Virus record (IMG/VR): IMGVR_UViG_3300048592_001388
Location: 1-61,026 of that record
Reading direction: 5' to 3' (one strand)
Length of the DNA stretch: 61,026 nucleotides
Origin: a virus
Taxonomy: Duplodnaviria > Caudoviricetes
The position numbers and the translations under genes are program-made. The notes under the pieces are model-generated. The model saw only the letters and a program-made list of their open reading frames with translations, had not been told where the DNA came from and searched no databases. Positions 9,643 through 18,167 of the stretch are shown piece by piece (position 1 is the stretch's first letter; each line of letters starts with the position of its first letter).

Positions 9643-11859
9643 TCACGGCGCTGCCGCGGGAGAGAAAGGTGTTCTGGCGAGCCATTCCCTGAGTTTGGTC
9701 CATCGCAGGCGGCCCGAGACGTTCTTCACCGCAATCGCCACGGCCTTGGCTTGCCCGACAATGACCACCAGCTTCTTGCCGCGTGTAATGCCGGTGTAGA
9801 TCAGGTTCCGCTGCAGCATGGCATAATGCTGGGTCATGACGGGGATGACCACGGCGGAGTATTCGGATCCCTGAGACTTGTGGATAGTCGCGGCATAGGC
9901 GGGCACGAGGGTGTCGAGTTCACCGAATCCGTAGGTGACGGCGCGGCCATCGAAAGTGGCGATCAGTTCTCCGGTGTCGAGGTCGACCGCATCGATGTAG
10001 CCGACATCGCCGTTATAGACCTCCTTTTCGTAGTCGTTTTCGATCTGCATGACCTTGTCGCCGGGCGCGAATGTCCAGCCGAAGCGCTCGACCTTCTGCT
10101 CCGTGGCCGGGTTGAGCGCCGCCTGAAGCTCGATGTTGAGCGAGCGGGCGCCTACGCCGCCCCGGTTCATGGGGCAGAGCACCTGCACATCGCGGATGGG
10201 ATCGAAGCCGAAGCGGTTGGGGATGCGGTTCTTCACAAGGTCCACGATCAAGGGAACGGCTGCCTCCGGGTCTGCCGCATTGACGAAGTAGAAGTCGCTC
10301 TCGCCCTCGGGCTTTGCGAGATCAGGTATCTGACCCTTGTTGATGCGGTGCGCGGCGGTGATGATGCGGCTCTCGGCGGCCTGACGGAACACCTCCGTCA
10401 GGCGCACCACCGGGATCGCCTCCGACTGGATGATGTCGGCCAGCACCTGGCCCGGGCCCACGGAGGGTAGCTGATCGATGTCGCCGACGACGAGCAGGGC
10501 GGAGCTGTCGGGCAATGCCTTGAGGAGGGCATGCATCAGGGGCACGTCCACCATGGAGGTCTCGTCGATGACCAGCAACTCGCAGTCGAGCGGGTTCTCG
10601 GCGTTGCGCTTGAAGCCGCCACCCTTCGGATCGACTTCCAGCAGGCGATGAATGGTCTTCGCCTCGAAGCCCGTGGCTTCGGTCATGCGCTTGGCGGCGC
10701 GGCCCGTTGGCGCGCAGAGCAGGAGGTTGACGCCCTTGGCGGCAAGAATGCGCAGGATAGAATTGACGATGGTGGTCTTGCCAACCCCTGGACCGCCAGT
10801 GATGACCAGCACCTTTGCCATCAGCGCTAGACGGATGGCGTCCTTCTGGCTCGGCGCGAGGCTGAGGTCCGTCTTCTGCTCGATCCATGGCATGGCCTTG
10901 TCGGGATCGATCCAGGCCCATGGCAGCTTGCCGCTGGCAAGTGTCTGCAGCCTCTCGGCAATGGCCTGTTCTGATTTGTAGAGGCCGGCAAGAAACACGC
11001 AGCGGGTTTCTCCGACCGCATCGGCGATAACGGTGCCCTCGGCAAGCTCGAGGTCCAGCGCCGTCTGGATGAGTTCATTCGGCACATCAAGCAGTTCGAC
11101 CGCCAGCGGTGCGAGTTCTTCGACCGGCAGGCCGCAGTGACCCTGGTCCATGGCTTCCGTCAGTGCATAGGAAATCCCCGCCCTGACACGGATCATCGCC
11201 GTCTTCTCGATCCCCAACTTCATGGCGATGGCGTCGGCCGTGCGGAACCCGATGCCTCGGATGTCGCGGGCCAGCCGGTAGGGATTGTCCGTCATCACCT
11301 GGATGGCGTCGGCGCCATAGGTCTTGTAGATCCGCACCGCGCGCGCCGTGCCGACGCCATGGCTGTGCAGGAACACCATGATCTCGCGCACCGCCTTCTG
11401 TTCCGCCCAGGCGGAAACGATCCGCTGGGCACGAACCGCGCCGATGCCGTCAATCTCCCGCAGGCGCTCAGGATTGGCTTCGATGATGTCGAAGACCTGC
11501 TCACCGAAGGCCTTTACCATCTTCTTCGCATAGACCGGGCCGATGCCGCGGATCATGCCGGAGGAGAGGTATTTCTCGATACCCTCCGCCGTGGTGGGCG
11601 GCGTGGTCTTGAGAAACCGCGCCTTGAACTGCAGCCCATGCGTCCGGTCGTTGAACCACTCTCCCGTTGCGGTGATCCATTCCCCCGCCGAAATCGCAGC
11701 GGAATGTCCCACCACCGTCACAAGATCACGCTGCCCGCGCGCCTTGACGCGCAGCACGCAGAAGCCGCTCTCTTCGTTGTGGAACGTCACGCGCTCCACA
11801 ATGCCCGCGAGCACATCCTGCGGTGCCTGCTGGGCCTGTGCGGTGGCGTTTCGGCTCAT
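9643..11859 (-). CDS. recD2: ATP-dependent RecD2-like SF1B DNA helicase
   Basis: N-terminal OB-like region, HhH GIGPV, Walker A TGGPGVGKTT, DETSM, GDIDQL, ATIHKSQGSE, YTGITRG. Start inferred at MSRNAT. Confidence 0.93.
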   Translation of the reverse strand: MSRNATAQAQQAPQDVLAGIVERVTFHNEESGFCVLRVKARGQRDLVTVVGHSAAISAGEWITATGEWFNDRTHGLQFKARFLKTTPPTTAEGIEKYLSSGMIRGIGPVYAKKMVKAFGEQVFDIIEANPERLREIDGIGAVRAQRIVSAWAEQKAVREIMVFLHSHGVGTARAVRIYKTYGADAIQVMTDNPYRLARDIRGIGFRTADAIAMKLGIEKTAMIRVRAGISYALTEAMDQGHCGLPVEELAPLAVELLDVPNELIQTALDLELAEGTVIADAVGETRCVFLAGLYKSEQAIAERLQTLASGKLPWAWIDPDKAMPWIEQKTDLSLAPSQKDAIRLALMAKVLVITGGPGVGKTTIVNSILRILAAKGVNLLLCAPTGRAAKRMTEATGFEAKTIHRLLEVDPKGGGFKRNAENPLDCELLVIDETSMVDVPLMHALLKALPDSSALLVVGDIDQLPSVGPGQVLADIIQSEAIPVVRLTEVFRQAAESRIITAAHRINKGQIPDLAKPEGESDFYFVNAADPEAAVPLIVDLVKNRIPNRFGFDPIRDVQVLCPMNRGGVGARSLNIELQAALNPATEQKVERFGWTFAPGDKVMQIENDYEKEVYNGDVGYIDAVDLDTGELIATFDGRAVTYGFGELDTLVPAYAATIHKSQGSEYSAVVIPVMTQHYAMLQRNLIYTGITRGKKLVVIVGQAKAVAIAVKNVSGRLRWTKLREWLARTPFSPAAAP

Positions 11860-12356
11860 TTGTTCCGTGCCCGCCAATCCCACGGCATCTCGAAAGTTCC
11901 CACCCATATGCCACGGCGGGCAAGGCGGGCTTCGTCTTCCTCGTCAATGTAATCGATTCCATACTTCCTAAACGCCACGGCCCAGCCCTGCGCGACCATC
12001 CAGGCATTGAGGTTGGTCTCGCCCTTGAAGCAGACGGCGATGGTGCGCTTGTAGCGGTCCCGTCCCTTTGGCTGGCACGAAACGGTGGACCGCCCGATCA
12101 TGTCGGCGAGTGCGAAGGCGGACTTCTGCCCGCAGCGATATCGATTGCCGGCGGCGTCGAGGCAAAGCTGCGAACTCTCCGGCGCGTCGATGGCATCAAG
12201 CCGGATCCGCTCGCCCCGGATCTCGATGGTGTCGCCGTCAATGACGGAGGCGGTGCCCTGAATGAGCGGCGCGGCCGAGGCTGCAGCCGCCATGAACAGA
12301 AGGCCAGCCATCAAACCGGCAGCGATCGCCATTTTCCGCATCACCTGTCGTGACAC
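11856..12356 (-). CDS. Thermonuclease (SNase) family protein with signal peptide
   Basis: Hydrophobic leader, then VIDGDT, IRLDAIDAPE, DRYKR, EARLARRGIW, PWDWR. Confidence 0.9.
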   Translation of the reverse strand: MSRQVMRKMAIAAGLMAGLLFMAAAASAAPLIQGTASVIDGDTIEIRGERIRLDAIDAPESSQLCLDAAGNRYRCGQKSAFALADMIGRSTVSCQPKGRDRYKRTIAVCFKGETNLNAWMVAQGWAVAFRKYGIDYIDEEDEARLARRGIWVGTFEMPWDWRARNK

Positions 12357-12553
12357 CCTTCATCCAACGGTGACATTGCCACCGTCTCCGCTTCCGCGAC
12401 CAAGGCAGTTTCGCACGGCATTATCCGGCTTGTCCCTGTTGCCGCACACCTGTGGAAAAATTCATCGCTCACGAATCTCAGTCGAATCATGCGGTTATCG
12501 AAGCCTCGGCGGTTCTCCGAGTGGCAGAGCGGGCCGAATCAAAATTCAGGGGA

Positions 12554-12588
12554 TTGACTCTGTGTGTACTGTAGAACAAATAGAGAAC
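12554..12588 (+). promoter_or_regulatory. Putative promoter with alphaproteobacterial LexA (SOS) box
   Basis: TTGACT at 12554-12559; GAACAAATAGAGAAC at 12574-12588 matches GAAC-N7-GAAC and covers the expected -10 region, about 65 nt upstream of the ATPase start. Confidence 0.75.
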
Positions 12589-12652
12589 GCAAGAGCCGCC
12601 CCGTGCGGCATGGTGAACAGCCACATCGGCGTTACATATGGGGGAGCAATCG

Positions 12653-14584
12653 ATGGACAAGTCGCCCGTGCGTGTTCCTGCGGCGCGCAAGCGCAAGGAT
12701 GGCAGCCATCACCCGCACCACCGCATCCTAAGCATCGAGGTGGCGGGAGGCTTTCTCGACGGTACGCGGCTCGAATTCAGCGACGGCCTCAACTGCATCA
12801 TTGGCGGCCGCGGGACGGGCAAGACGACGGTCCTCGAGTTCATCCGCTACATTCTCGGCATGATGCCGGACGTGAACGACAACCGGCCCCGCGCCAAGGC
12901 CATCGAGGGCCATGTGCGCGGCAATCTCGGCAGCGGGACCATCTATCTCGAGGTCGAGACCAAGCATGGGACGCGCTACCGGGCGGAGCGGCCGTGGGGA
13001 GACGACGTGCAGGTGCTCGATCGTGACGGTGAGCCGGTGCCTGTGTCCCTCGATCGCGATCTCGTGTTCAAGGCCGACATCTACAGCCAGAACGAGATCG
13101 AGGAGATCGCCACCACGCCGCGCTTCCAGCTTTCGCTGATCGACCGCTTCGCCGAGGAGGAAATCCGCGAGGTCGAAACAGAAATCGCGCGGGCGAAGCG
13201 CCAGGTCCAGGACAGTGCGGCGGAACTGCGCATGATCGAAGGCCGTATCCGCGAGGCTGAGGAGGTGGTCCCGGAAATCGATGTCGTCGGCAAACGGTTG
13301 CAGGAACTGCAGGTTGCCGACGGCGCCGATGCCGGGCTGATCAATGCAGCTCATTCGCACAAGGCGCTGCGGGGCCGCGAATCCGCAGCGCTTGGCGACC
13401 TTCGCCTCGCGATCAACGACGCCAGGGCCACTATGCGCCGCCAGGGCGAGTATGTCGCAGAAGCATGCTCCGCTCCCCTCATCGCCGATTTTCGGGAGGG
13501 CCCCAACGCGGCTCTGTTCGAGGAGGTCGAAAGCCTGATGGCCTCCTTCGTCGACACATACCGCGCAGAGGCGAAGCGGCTGGAGAACGCGGGACAGACC
13601 GTGCTGGAGCAACTCAGCGCCCTTTCCGAACAATTGGCCAGTGACCATGCGCGGCAGGAACAGGACTACCGCGAGCTCGTGGCGCAATCGGACGTCGAAC
13701 GCCAGCATGCCGCCGAGCGCGCCAGCCTGCAAAAGCGCCACCTGTTCCTGACGCGCGCACAGCATGATCTTGCCGGCCTTCGCCAGAAGCACAAAGCCAT
13801 GGAAGCCCGTCACCGCAAGCTGATGGGGGAATTCTCCGGCTTCCGCGACAAGCGCTTCGCACTGCGCAAGGAGGTCGCCGACCGCCTGTCACAGGACCTT
13901 TCACCCATGGTCCGGGTGACGGTGCGCCAGGCGGGCGACCGCAGCAGCTACGAAACCGTCCTCAAGGAGATGCTGAAGGGATGCGGGCTGCAATACATGC
14001 GCCCCGTGATGCGGATCGTGGAAACCGTGTCGCCCGAGGAGCTGTCGCGCCTCGTCCGCAAGGGTGACGCGGCACGCCTTGCGGAGGATGCCGGCATCGG
14101 CGAGGAGCAGGCCGGCCGGATCCTGTCCCACCTCAAGGCGTCCGATCAGCTTTCGGGTGTCGAGACCGTCGATCTCGAGGATGAACCTCTGATCGAACTA
14201 AAGGACGGCACCGACTATAAGAACTCGGCCGGGCTCTCGACGGGTCAGCGCTGTACCGTTATCCTGCCCATCCTTCTGCTGCAGAGCGAAAGGCCGCTGC
14301 TGATCGACCAGCCTGAGGACAATCTCGACAACGCCTTCGTCTATGACACCATCGTCCGCAATCTCCAGGAGGCGAAGGGCGGCCGGCAGCTGATCTTCGC
14401 CACGCACAATCCGAACATCCCGGTGCTGGGCGAAGCCGACAGAGTGTTCGTCTTCTCCTCTGACGGGCGCAGGGGCCGCGTGACGCATACTGGCCGCGTC
14501 GATGATGTGAAGGATCAGGTCGAGCATCTCCTCGAGGGTGGCAAGGAAGCCTTCGTGCTTCGCATGCAGCGCTATGGTCACTGA
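12653..14584 (+). CDS. SMC/Rad50-like coiled-coil ABC ATPase (resembles the TrlF/Ppl-type ATPase domain, no PHP domain)
   Basis: Walker A GGRGTGKT, Q-loop YSQNE, long coiled coil, signature LSTGQ, Walker B LLIDQPEDNLD, H-loop ATHN; RBS GGGGAG before ATG 12653. Confidence 0.88.
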   Translation: MDKSPVRVPAARKRKDGSHHPHHRILSIEVAGGFLDGTRLEFSDGLNCIIGGRGTGKTTVLEFIRYILGMMPDVNDNRPRAKAIEGHVRGNLGSGTIYLEVETKHGTRYRAERPWGDDVQVLDRDGEPVPVSLDRDLVFKADIYSQNEIEEIATTPRFQLSLIDRFAEEEIREVETEIARAKRQVQDSAAELRMIEGRIREAEEVVPEIDVVGKRLQELQVADGADAGLINAAHSHKALRGRESAALGDLRLAINDARATMRRQGEYVAEACSAPLIADFREGPNAALFEEVESLMASFVDTYRAEAKRLENAGQTVLEQLSALSEQLASDHARQEQDYRELVAQSDVERQHAAERASLQKRHLFLTRAQHDLAGLRQKHKAMEARHRKLMGEFSGFRDKRFALRKEVADRLSQDLSPMVRVTVRQAGDRSSYETVLKEMLKGCGLQYMRPVMRIVETVSPEELSRLVRKGDAARLAEDAGIGEEQAGRILSHLKASDQLSGVETVDLEDEPLIELKDGTDYKNSAGLSTGQRCTVILPILLLQSERPLLIDQPEDNLDNAFVYDTIVRNLQEAKGGRQLIFATHNPNIPVLGEADRVFVFSSDGRRGRVTHTGRVDDVKDQVEHLLEGGKEAFVLRMQRYGH

Positions 14585-14593
14585 GGTTCGGGC

Positions 14594-15712
14594 ATGGATA
14601 GCCTGGCGCTTCTGCCCGCCGCCGTCGAAGGCGGGGATTGGCAAGACATCCGAGAACTGGTCGAGCGCACCGGGGAAGGCCTTCGCCTGTCCTCCGTGTC
14701 GTCCTCACGCATCCCTGAACTTGCACAGCTGTTCCTGCGCCTGTCGCGCCACGAGAACTGGCAGGTCCGCAAGGCGGTCGCGCACGCAGCGCTGTACCTC
14801 CGTCACGACCTGTTTCACGGCATCATCGCCAATCTGATCGACGACGACAATCTCTGGGTCCGTGACATCGCCCGAAAGACGCTGGTCCGGCGCAGCGAAC
14901 TGTCGCGCGCTGAGGTCAGGGCGCAGGATCCCTTCGATGCCGACGCCGCCCTGCTGGACGAGATCGAGAACCGCTATGGCGTGAAGGCGAGGAGGAGCGT
15001 GGTGGCCGCCGCCAGCAAGCTTCATCACCGTTTCGTCAAGGAAGTCTATCACGAGATCATCCGGATCCTGTCCCCGCTCGATACTTGCCTCGTCAACCTG
15101 GAACGGGATCTGTCCGGCAAGCCGGGGCTGGAGCACGCGGCGGACCGCATCCGGCGCGGCCATCATCATGTCGGCCTGATCACCGAGGTCCTCGAGAATC
15201 TGCGGGAGTTCACCGACGGCAAGCCCGCCGAGACGACCCGGGAGTGTCTGTCCTCGATCCTGAAGGAGGCCGTTTCGCTCGCGCAGCAAGGCGCTGCGGT
15301 ACCGCAGCCGACTCTGATGTTCAGCTTGCTGCTGCCAGAGAGCCTGTTCATCTCGGGTCATCGCTCGCGGCTGCTGCAGGCCTTCATCAACATCATCACC
15401 AATGCCATGGAGGCCTGCGAGGCTTCCGACCGGCAGGGGCGCATTGCCGTGAGCATCGAGCGCCAGTCGGAAGACTTCGCGAGGGTGCTGATCACCGATA
15501 ATGGCTGCGGGATGAGCCGTGACGCCGTGCGCGACTGCGTCGACCTGTTCAGCTCCGGCAAGGTTAGTGGCATGGGCTTCGGTCTTCCCATCTCCCGGAA
15601 AGTCATCGAGCAGGACCACAGCGGAATCCTCGCCCTCGAGAGCAGTCCGGGCGAGGGCACTACCGTCACGGTTCTCTTGCCCATCGAGCGTCTGGAGATG
15701 GAAGCGTCATGA
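14594..15712 (+). CDS. Cytoplasmic HEAT-repeat histidine kinase
   Basis: HEAT-like repeats (ENWQVRKAVA, DDNLWVRDIA), H-box YHEI, N-box NIITNAMEA, G1 DNGCGM, G2 GMGFGL; no transmembrane segment. Confidence 0.87.
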   Translation: MDSLALLPAAVEGGDWQDIRELVERTGEGLRLSSVSSSRIPELAQLFLRLSRHENWQVRKAVAHAALYLRHDLFHGIIANLIDDDNLWVRDIARKTLVRRSELSRAEVRAQDPFDADAALLDEIENRYGVKARRSVVAAASKLHHRFVKEVYHEIIRILSPLDTCLVNLERDLSGKPGLEHAADRIRRGHHHVGLITEVLENLREFTDGKPAETTRECLSSILKEAVSLAQQGAAVPQPTLMFSLLLPESLFISGHRSRLLQAFINIITNAMEACEASDRQGRIAVSIERQSEDFARVLITDNGCGMSRDAVRDCVDLFSSGKVSGMGFGLPISRKVIEQDHSGILALESSPGEGTTVTVLLPIERLEMEAS

Positions 15713-16464
15713 GTAATCACAGAGCCCTCATCGTGGAAGACGAGCGGGACATGGCCGCTGAGATTGGCGATCTCCTGGGATCGATGGGGTACGACCATGT
15801 CGCAATTGATAATCTCGCCGATGGCCGACGCCTGCTCGATGGAGGTGAGTTCTGCTTCATTCTCCTCGATCTGCAGATCAAGGCCGAGAAGTTTTCGATC
15901 CGTCCGCGCGTCGAAGCTGGCATGACATTCCTGAGGGAGTTGCGCCAGAAACATCCGCGCCGCGGTGACAACGACATGCACCTTTTGCCCGTCATCGTTG
16001 TGAGCGGCCATGCCAAGGAGCACGAGGACATCGTGCGCGCATTCCAGGCGGGTGCAAACGACTTCGTGAGAAAGCCACTCGGGCAGTTCGGGCAAGACCT
16101 TTCCGCCAAGATCGAGGCGTGTCTGGATCGTTCCGGACGTCACAGCCATGCCGCGTGCTGTGCCAATGCTGATGATGTCCGGCCGGAATGTGTGGTGGAG
16201 AACATTACACACTCTTCCGATTATCGCGAAGTGTGGTTCAGGGGTGAGCTCTTCATGTTCGGCGAACTGCAGGCCAGGGTCATCCGCTATCTCCACGAGG
16301 CATGGAAGTCGGGCAGTCCATGGGTCTCTGGGAAAGCCATCCTGCGCCGCGTCGGGTCCGGGGACTCCGCAGCAAAGCTCGCCAATCTCTTCCGTCGCCA
16401 TCCGGCCTGGCAGAAGCTTCTGCTTTCCGATGGACGCGGGGGGTATCGGCTCGCGGACGGATGA
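15709..16464 (+). CDS. Response regulator: receiver domain plus C-terminal winged-helix-like domain
   Basis: LIVEDE, phospho-acceptor LLDL, VVSGH, FVRKP; C-terminal domain QARVIRYLHEA..GKAIL..SDGRGGYRL; ATGA overlap with the kinase. Confidence 0.87.
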   Translation: MSNHRALIVEDERDMAAEIGDLLGSMGYDHVAIDNLADGRRLLDGGEFCFILLDLQIKAEKFSIRPRVEAGMTFLRELRQKHPRRGDNDMHLLPVIVVSGHAKEHEDIVRAFQAGANDFVRKPLGQFGQDLSAKIEACLDRSGRHSHAACCANADDVRPECVVENITHSSDYREVWFRGELFMFGELQARVIRYLHEAWKSGSPWVSGKAILRRVGSGDSAAKLANLFRRHPAWQKLLLSDGRGGYRLADG

Positions 16465-16617
16465 CCGGAGCACTGCATCTCTGAAATTCGTTGTTGCGAC
16501 GTTGCGAATCGGCAGGCTGAGCGGCCTGCCGATCGCTTCATCGTGCTCGGGTTCCACATGGAGATCAGCGCGCTCTGCAAGCTGACGTGAAACTCTAGCG
16601 CAATATTGCGTAAATAC

Positions 16618-16681
16618 ATCCGCCGCCCATCCGCCGGCGATCCGCCGGTGAGCCGCCGCCGATCCGCCGCCCATCCCGCCG
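16618..16681 (+). repeat. Six tandem ATCCGCCG-type repeats with exact 11-bp period
   Basis: Units start at 16618, 16629, 16640, 16651 (AGCCGCCG), 16662 and 16673 (ATCCCGCCG); preceded by the palindrome CGCAATATTGCG at 16599-16610. Confidence 0.9.
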
Positions 16682-16744
16682 ACAGCACCGATGCGAGCTG
16701 CCATCATCGCCCCATGCTTCGGACGTGAAGCCAAGGAGAAAGCG

Positions 16745-17008
16745 ATGACGACGACCCACCTTTCCCAAACCGACCTCGCCAATCGCTGGCGCATGTCGCC
16801 GAGGACGCTCGAACGCTGGCGCTTCACCGGCGAGGGACCGCAGTTCATCAAGCTCGGCGGACGTGTCGTGTATCGCCTCGAGGACATCGAGGCTTTCGAA
16901 ATCCGCCAGATCCGGCAGTTTACCCCCGGCATTACGCGCGGCGCTCCTGAACCTGGCATACCTATGAAGAGCTTCGGCAACCGCGCTGCCGCAGGGCAGG
17001 GCAAGTGA
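16745..17008 (+). CDS. Excisionase/AlpA-like HTH DNA-binding protein
   Basis: LSQTDLANRWRMSPRTLERWR..GPQFIKLGGRVVYRLEDI; RBS AAGGAG. Confidence 0.88.
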   Translation: MTTTHLSQTDLANRWRMSPRTLERWRFTGEGPQFIKLGGRVVYRLEDIEAFEIRQIRQFTPGITRGAPEPGIPMKSFGNRAAAGQGK

Positions 17009-17451
17009 GATCCGCCATGCTCAATATTGCCAGCGATATGCCCCACTTCGTTAAAAGCCGTTCCCTGACGCCGAAGGAGGTCATGAATGACGTTGACCTT
17101 TGCGTCTGGGTGGCGGACGCAAAGCCCGGTGACCGGATCGTCTACTACACGGGCCATCTCAGTCGTGACCGCCTTCCGCACAACGATGGCTATTCCGAGC
17201 CCGTGCGCCGCAGGATCGGCGAGCTCGGCAATGCAGCTTGGATGCTGGGCGAGGAGAACTGGGTGCATCTGGTGCAGCGCCGCGTCTCCTACGGATGCTG
17301 GGATTACATCGCTGTCCGCAAGGCCGAAGCGCCGAAGCTGAAGCCGGTCTACCGCATCATCCAGTTGCTCGCCGCAAAAGGCGGGAAGGAGAAGAGGGGA
17401 TTGGCCAATGAGCCCGCCGCAACGGTGAACGCTACCGGGCCGCCGGCCTGA
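17005..17451 (+). CDS. Phage hypothetical protein
   Basis: WVADAKPGDRIVYYTGHL and VHLVQRR motifs; coupled within the early operon. Confidence 0.7.
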   Translation: MRSAMLNIASDMPHFVKSRSLTPKEVMNDVDLCVWVADAKPGDRIVYYTGHLSRDRLPHNDGYSEPVRRRIGELGNAAWMLGEENWVHLVQRRVSYGCWDYIAVRKAEAPKLKPVYRIIQLLAAKGGKEKRGLANEPAATVNATGPPA

Positions 17452-17542
17452 TGCATCGCGCCTAGCCTCTCCGAACATCCATTCGCTGATCAACTTCAAC
17501 GGCCGGACAAGTGCTCCGCGCCGCACAGGAAGGAATTGCCTG

Positions 17543-18073
17543 ATGATCCCCTCCGCTCTGATGACCAAGTCTGCCGGCGCGGCGCTGCCCGTCCAGCAGA
17601 ATGCTGTGGCTTCCGCGGCCGACCTCCCCAAATTCACCGTGCAGCAGGTCGCCAACCTGCCGGCGGCGGAACTGCTCCGGCTCCAGCGCGAAGCTGACGC
17701 TGACCTGCGCAAAGCCAAGGCAGTTGCCGCCTGGCTCGAGGCAGCTCTCGGGCTTCGTTACAAGGAATGGGCCCGCCAGGTGCGTTCCCAGGTCCGAAAG
17801 GATGCGGGCACAGTCCGCTTCGAGGACAACGGCGTCACAGTGGTCGCAGACCTCCCGAAAAAAGTGGACTGGGACCAGCGCGAACTCGCCGAACTGGTGG
17901 AGCGCATCAAGTCCTCTGGCGACAATCCGAGTGATTACGTCGAGGTGAGCTTTCGCGTCTCGGAGCGCAAGTACACGGCTTGGCCCACTCCCATCCGCAA
18001 CGCATTCGAACGCGCCCGGACTGTTCGCACGGGCAAGGAGACCTTCGAACTGATGACCGGAGAGGACGCATGA
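17543..18073 (+). CDS. Phage hypothetical protein
   Basis: GTVRF..ADLPKKVDWDQ..VSERKYTAWP pattern, typical upstream of phage AAA_24 genes. Confidence 0.75.
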   Translation: MIPSALMTKSAGAALPVQQNAVASAADLPKFTVQQVANLPAAELLRLQREADADLRKAKAVAAWLEAALGLRYKEWARQVRSQVRKDAGTVRFEDNGVTVVADLPKKVDWDQRELAELVERIKSSGDNPSDYVEVSFRVSERKYTAWPTPIRNAFERARTVRTGKETFELMTGEDA

Positions 18074-18167
18074 CGTCCCCGACCCTCCCGGCCGCGCGCA
18101 AGTTCAACGTTGAGATCGCCAACGTTGAACCCACCCCCTTCACTCACTCCGAAAAAGGACCAGTCTG

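Noticed and set aside
12653-14584. Calling the ATPase a known defence system (Ppl, PARIS, Septu, Gabija, Lamassu, Wadjet)
   Set aside because: No PHP, TOPRIM, HNH or kleisin partner is adjacent; its operon partners are a kinase and a regulator. A profile search is still needed.
15358-17718. 786-aa minus-strand ORF, and similar long antisense ORFs (20746-22461, 23894-25168, 45690-47807, 51339-52814)
   Set aside because: They shadow well-supported plus-strand genes, carry no motifs and are expected in GC-rich DNA.
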